Assembly (NCBI RefSeq): GCF_000328665.1
Contig: NC_019977.1
Coordinates: 1,852,011-1,916,010, forward strand
Length of the DNA: 64,000 bases
Direction of reading: 5' to 3'
Origin: Methanomethylovorans hollandica DSM 15978
GTDB lineage: Archaea; Halobacteriota; Methanosarcinia; Methanosarcinales; Methanosarcinaceae
The notes beneath the pieces are model-generated. The model ran no database searches, was not told where the DNA came from, and was given only the letters and a program-made list of their open reading frames with translations. How positions within the stretch are numbered: the first letter of the stretch is position 1; each line of letters starts with the position of its first letter. A program made the position numbers and the translations under genes. Of the stretch, positions 62,048 through 64,000 are shown piece by piece.

Positions 62048-62059
62048 AGGTGATAGAAA

Positions 62060-64000
62060 ATGGATACACTACCCTCCATACCTAAAAGGATATCTGCAAT
62101 ACAATTTGGCCTGATATCTCCAAGAGAGGTAAGGAAAATGAGCGTTACCAACATCATTACTGCAGATACCTATGATGATGATGGTTACCCTATAGATATG
62201 GGACTAATGGACCTTAGACTGGGAGTTATAGATCCCGGACTTAAATGCAAGACCTGTTCAAGTAGGGCAGGAGAATGCCCTGGGCATTTTGGACATATAG
62301 AGCTGGTTGCCCCAGTAGTACATGTGGGATTTAACAAGACAATCCGCAAAGCATTACGCTCTATATGCCGCAATTGCAGTGCCCTTTTGCTGGAACCGTC
62401 TCAGAAAAAGAATTTCCTTACTCAGATCGATAAACTCCATGAAATGGGACATCTGCCGGACCCTGTGATTAATGACGTTTTTAAGGAGGCAAGGAAGACA
62501 AAAGTCTGTCCACATTGTGGGACTGAGCAGTTAGAGATCAAGTTCGAAAAACCCACTGAATACATAGAGGATGGGCACAAGCTAACACCTACAGAGATAA
62601 GGGACAGGTTCGAGAACATATCAGATGATGATGTGAAAGTGATCGGAATGGACCCTTCATGTGCCAGGCCGGAGTGGATGATCCTTACAGTATTACCCGT
62701 GCCGCCTGTAACAGTCAGACCATCCATCACACTTGAGTCCGGCCAGCGCAGTGAAGATGACCTGACCCACAAACTTGTGGATATAATACGTATAAACCAG
62801 CGTTTCCAGGAGAACAGGGATGCAGGAGCGCCACAACTTATCATAGAAGATCTGTGGGAACTGTTGCAGTACCATGTGACCACTTTCTTTGACAACGAAG
62901 TATCAGGCGTTCCACCGGCAAGACACAGATCCGGAAGACCTCTGAAGACACTTACCCAGCGTCTCAAAGGAAAGGAAGGACGTTTCAGGGGAAGCCTGTC
63001 AGGTAAACGTGTAAACTTCTCTGCACGTACCGTAGTGTCACCTGACCCAAACCTTAGCATCAACGAAGTTGGAGTACCCGAAGCCATAGCTATTCAGATG
63101 ACCATTCCTGAAAGAGTCATCGAGAGAAATATAGAGCTTCTAAGAATGTATATCCTTAAGGGAAGCGATGTCCACCCCGGGGCAAACTATGTGATCCGCC
63201 CGGATGAGAGACGTATAAAGATAACGGAGAACAACAAGGAAGAGCTGGCCGAGAAAGTAGAGAAAGGATGGGTTGTTGAGAGACAACTGATGGATGGAGA
63301 TACCGTACTATTCAACAGGCAGCCATCTCTGCATAAGATGAGTATTATGGCCCATCAGGTGAAAGTCCTTCCTAACAAAACATTCAGGCTTAATCCTGCA
63401 GTGTGCCCCCCATACAACGCTGACTTTGATGGGGATGAGATGAACATGCACGTGCTACAAACTGAGGAATCAAGAGCTGAAGCAAGTATACTCATGCAGG
63501 TGCAGGAAAATATCCTTTCACCACGTTTCGGCGGACCTATCATTGGGGGCATCCACGATCATATATCGGGTATGTTCCTGCTTACAAGGAACGAGAACCG
63601 GATAACCAAGAACGAAGCTTTGGAGCTTCTTAGAAAGGCAGAGATAAGAGAATTACCAGAGCCTGCGGGATATAAGGAGACCGGAGAACCCTATTGGAAT
63701 GGGAAGCAAATATTCAGCCAGATACTTCCGAAAGGACTTAATGCAGAATTCCCTGCTGAAGTGTGTTTTAAATGTGATGTTTGTAAGAAGGAAGCCTGTG
63801 AATACAATGCATATGTTGTGATCCGCAATGGAGAGATGATACAAGGCACAATCGATGAAAGGGCGATAGGGGCTTTCAAAGGTATCATACTTGACAAGGT
63901 AGTAAAGACATACGGTACTACAGCTGGTGCTAAATTTATAGATGATTTTACCAGGCTTGCCATAAGAGGCGTAATGAAGACTGGCCTGAGCTTTGGTATC
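62060..64000 (+). CDS. rpoA1: RNA polymerase subunit A' (Rpo1N), runs off the window end; not in the ORF track
   Basis: ATG 62060 after GGTGA; MDTLPSIPKRISAIQFGL, CPGHFGHIEL, GKRVNFSAR, NRQPSLH and catalytic NADFDGDEMN. Confidence 0.96.
   Translation, partial: MDTLPSIPKRISAIQFGLISPREVRKMSVTNIITADTYDDDGYPIDMGLMDLRLGVIDPGLKCKTCSSRAGECPGHFGHIELVAPVVHVGFNKTIRKALRSICRNCSALLLEPSQKKNFLTQIDKLHEMGHLPDPVINDVFKEARKTKVCPHCGTEQLEIKFEKPTEYIEDGHKLTPTEIRDRFENISDDDVKVIGMDPSCARPEWMILTVLPVPPVTVRPSITLESGQRSEDDLTHKLVDIIRINQRFQENRDAGAPQLIIEDLWELLQYHVTTFFDNEVSGVPPARHRSGRPLKTLTQRLKGKEGRFRGSLSGKRVNFSARTVVSPDPNLSINEVGVPEAIAIQMTIPERVIERNIELLRMYILKGSDVHPGANYVIRPDERRIKITENNKEELAEKVEKGWVVERQLMDGDTVLFNRQPSLHKMSIMAHQVKVLPNKTFRLNPAVCPPYNADFDGDEMNMHVLQTEESRAEASILMQVQENILSPRFGGPIIGGIHDHISGMFLLTRNENRITKNEALELLRKAEIRELPEPAGYKETGEPYWNGKQIFSQILPKGLNAEFPAEVCFKCDVCKKEACEYNAYVVIRNGEMIQGTIDERAIGAFKGIILDKVVKTYGTTAGAKFIDDFTRLAIRGVMKTGLSFGI

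Noticed and set aside
380..63963. Many long antisense ORFs nested in housekeeping genes
   Set aside because: Expected codon-bias shadows with no domain signatures

Overview
A 64-kb archaeal chromosomal segment. Gene content (methanogenesis marker 12, DUF1699, AhbC, Pok/Pps, PGF-CTERM, split RpoB''/B') points to a Methanosarcinaceae methanogen; this is inferred, not searched. It is mostly housekeeping: hel308-hisD, cobA-hemD-ahbC, valS, sepF-ZPR1, proS, cobT, the eL15/RNase P/proteasome/exosome/rpoP/prefoldin superoperon, coaBC-pok-pps-HD-dadD-ahcY, tRNA-Lys and rpoH-B''-B'-A'. An accessory block at about 30.3-51.5 kb is rich in envelope genes: three GT4 domains in two genes, an LVIVD plus calcium-blade propeller protein, a DUF2341/PGF-CTERM protein, a full-length MprF and a beta-helix lipoprotein. 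The block also holds an XRE-cupin/thioesterase/acyl-CoA synthetase operon and a TPR-fused DUF1998 helicase. Features absent from the ORF track are rpoP, rpoA', two tRNAs (tRNA-Trp with a C/D-guide intron), an eL15 leader, a decayed DsrE-like pseudogene and a candidate sRNA; a DUF5652 remnant is visible only as a short ORF. I saw no CRISPR array, integrase, transposase or reverse transcriptase, and no unambiguous novel multi-gene system. The best leads are the archaeal MprF, the His-less REC-PAS-HisKA protein, PIP-box-like tails, the TPR-fused helicase with a possible amber read-through tail, and the candidate sRNA.
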